A stretch of DNA of 32,000 nucleotides from Pedobacter caeni. GTDB taxonomy: Bacteria > Bacteroidota > Bacteroidia > Sphingobacteriales > Sphingobacteriaceae. The position numbers were made by a program, and so were the translations under genes. Positions 30,334 to 32,000 of the stretch are shown here, piece by piece. The stretch lies in NCBI RefSeq assembly GCF_900129215.1, contig NZ_FQUQ01000003.1:776029-808028 (forward strand). Reading direction: 5' to 3'. Within the stretch, counting starts at the first letter, position 1. Every line of letters begins with the position of its first letter. The notes beneath the pieces were generated by a model. The model ran no database searches. It had not been told where the DNA came from and saw only the letters and a list, made by a program, of their open reading frames with translations.

Positions 30334-32000
30334 ATGAGGATCACTTTTAAAGGTTTTGCAGAGCATGTTTTGTTTGCAGCTAATGTCTTCATTGTCTTTT
30401 TACTGGCTTTTGAGGATAAATTAGAGATTCCATATTGGTTGCAGCCTTTTGGAAGGATGCATCCGATGGTCTTGCATTTTCCGATTGTTATCCTCATGCT
30501 GGCCATGCTACTGGAGTTTTTCCGGTTTAAAGAAGCCTATATCAAGGAGCCGCTGTATCAGAATTTTACTTCCGGCCTGCTGCTTTCAGGAACGCTTTTT
30601 TCGGCGCTGACGGTGATTATGGGCTTGTTCCTATCGAAGGAGGCCGGATATTCGGGAAGTCTGCTGCAATGGCATAAATGGACAGGAGTAAGCATTGTGT
30701 TTGTAGCTTCAATCATTTATTGGTGTAGAAATACTTCCTGGTATAAGGTCAGGATAGCGAGGATAGGAGCAATAACAACTACGCTGTGTATCATTTTTGC
30801 GGGTCATTATGGCGCATCCTTAACACATGGAGATAATTTTGTGCTGGAATCTGTTACCGGAGTGGAGGTTTTGCCTAAAGTTCCGCTTGCAGAAGCCCGG
30901 GTGTTTGAAGATGTCATTTTACCTGTCTTTTCGCAAAAGTGCCTGAGCTGTCATAATCTGGAAAAGGCAAAAGGAAGTCTGATGATGGATAAGGTAAGCT
31001 CCTTGCTTAAAGGAGGGAAGAGCGGAAAGTTGTTTGTGCCCGGAAAGCCTGAAATCAGTTTGCTGCTGGAACGGATTCATTTACCCATGGACGATAAGAA
31101 ACACATGCCCCCTAAAGGAAAAGACCAGTTAAGCGAAGCCGAAATTGAGCTTTTGCGCTTGTGGATCAAGGGGAATGCGGAGTTGAAGAAAAAAGTGGTG
31201 GATTTACCCCCGAGCGATTCTTTAAGGATGCTGGCTGCGACCTTTCTTGCGCCTTCAGCAGCATCTGAAGAAAAGTATGCATTCAGTGCTGCTGATGAAA
31301 GCACGGTTAAAAAACTGAATAACAATTACCGGATTGTATACGCATTGGCGAAGGAATCCCCGGCCTTGGCGGTGAACATTTACAATAGAAACGAATATAA
31401 GCCGGAGGCGGTAAAAGAACTGGAAGGAGTAAAAAAACAAATTGTTTCCCTGGATCTGAAAGGACTGCCGGTACGTGATGAGGAATTGAAAACAATTGCG
31501 CGCTTTGAAAATCTGAGAGAACTGAACCTTAATTTTACCAGTATCACCGGTTCGGGGTTAAAAGAGTTGCAGGTTTTGAAATATCTGAATACCCTGTCTA
31601 TGTCCGGAACAAGGTTGAATTATGACTTTGTAAAGCAGCTGAATAAGATTAAGAGTCTTAAAAAGCTGACCTTATGGAATACCGGACTGAGCGGAACTGA
31701 CCTGGAGCAATTGAAAAAAGCGAATCCCGGCATCACTGTCATTTCCGGTTTTAAAGATGATGGCAAACACCCGATCAGATTAAATCAGCCCCGGATCACA
31801 ACAGAGACCTCTGTTTTCAAAACCTCCTTGGCTTTACAAATGAAGCACCCGATCAAGGACGTTCAAATCAGGTATACCACAGATGGAACGGAACCAGATA
31901 GTCTGGCCTCCCGGTTGTATGATGGACAGTTACTGATTAAAGAAAATACCACGGTAAAGGCAAAAGCATACAAAGCAGGTTGGTATGGCAGTGAAATGCT
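30334..32000 (+). CDS. Polytopic membrane protein with PSCyt-type CxxCH domain, leucine-rich repeats and a CHB_HEX_C-like domain (partial, runs off the right edge)
   Basis: This ORF is not in the supplied track because no stop lies within the window. I translated frame 1 from the ATG at 30334 to nt 31998 (555 codons) and found no stop. The N-terminus has about 4-5 hydrophobic helices ('HPMVLHFPIVILMLAMLLEF', 'LLLSGTLFSALTVIMGLFL', 'WTGVSIVFVASIIYW', 'IGAITTTLCIIFAGHYG'). Next comes 'VILPVFSQKCLSCHNLEKAKGSLMMD...MPPKG', then LRRs ('LRELNLNFTSITGSGLKELQVLKYLNTLSMSGTRL...LKKLTLWNTGLSGTDLEQL'), then 'IRYTTDGTEPDSLASRLYDGQLLIKENTTVKAKAYKAGW'. Confidence 0.8.
   Translation, partial: MRITFKGFAEHVLFAANVFIVFLLAFEDKLEIPYWLQPFGRMHPMVLHFPIVILMLAMLLEFFRFKEAYIKEPLYQNFTSGLLLSGTLFSALTVIMGLFLSKEAGYSGSLLQWHKWTGVSIVFVASIIYWCRNTSWYKVRIARIGAITTTLCIIFAGHYGASLTHGDNFVLESVTGVEVLPKVPLAEARVFEDVILPVFSQKCLSCHNLEKAKGSLMMDKVSSLLKGGKSGKLFVPGKPEISLLLERIHLPMDDKKHMPPKGKDQLSEAEIELLRLWIKGNAELKKKVVDLPPSDSLRMLAATFLAPSAASEEKYAFSAADESTVKKLNNNYRIVYALAKESPALAVNIYNRNEYKPEAVKELEGVKKQIVSLDLKGLPVRDEELKTIARFENLRELNLNFTSITGSGLKELQVLKYLNTLSMSGTRLNYDFVKQLNKIKSLKKLTLWNTGLSGTDLEQLKKANPGITVISGFKDDGKHPIRLNQPRITTETSVFKTSLALQMKHPIKDVQIRYTTDGTEPDSLASRLYDGQLLIKENTTVKAKAYKAGWYGSEM

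Overview
This window looks like a Bacteroidota chromosomal segment. A Sphingobacteriia or Pedobacter-like origin is only my guess, based on the SusC/SusD content, the lipoprotein signals and TAnnTTTG-type promoter boxes. All family calls come from reading the translated ORFs for motifs I remember. No database search was run.

I support 17 coding regions, all on the + strand, and every minus-strand ORF in the track looks like a shadow ORF. I saw no tRNA, rRNA, CRISPR array, transposase, integrase or IS-type terminal repeats.

Layout:
- (i) nt 1-1344: the tail of an efflux operon, with a periplasmic adaptor lipoprotein and a terminator.
- (ii) nt 1413-10260: PUL-1, made of an ECF sigma factor, a FecR anti-sigma factor, an STN-domain SusC, a SusD-like lipoprotein, a terminator, a roughly 410-nt structured spacer, a GH29 alpha-L-fucosidase and a terminator.
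- (iii) nt 10270-25315: PUL-2, made of a TPR / single-TM / LuxR-HTH regulator, SusC, SusD, a LacZ-type GH2 beta-galactosidase, a GH63/YgjK-like six-hairpin glycosidase, a fused APH-type kinase and class-III (ETNPPL/PHYKPL-type) phospholyase, a DUF1338 (HglS-like) protein, and a perfect 18-bp-stem terminator.
- (iv) nt 25517-32000+: a tightly packed module of unknown function. It holds PSCyt(CxxCH)-DUF1549-DUF1553, Tat-DUF1501, a Tat-NHL/PAL-like beta-propeller, and a polytopic-membrane PSCyt(CxxCH)-LRR-CHB_HEX_C protein that runs off the window.

Main hypothesis: PUL-2 is a previously undescribed locus for glycosylated hydroxylysine, the collagen-type Glc-alpha1,2-Gal-beta-Hyl. Outer-membrane import and two periplasmic glycosidases are translationally coupled to cytoplasmic enzymes of the hydroxylysine / 2-aminoadipate / 2-oxoadipate route. 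The DUF1549/1553-DUF1501-NHL-cytochrome/LRR module is a second candidate for an uncharacterised system.
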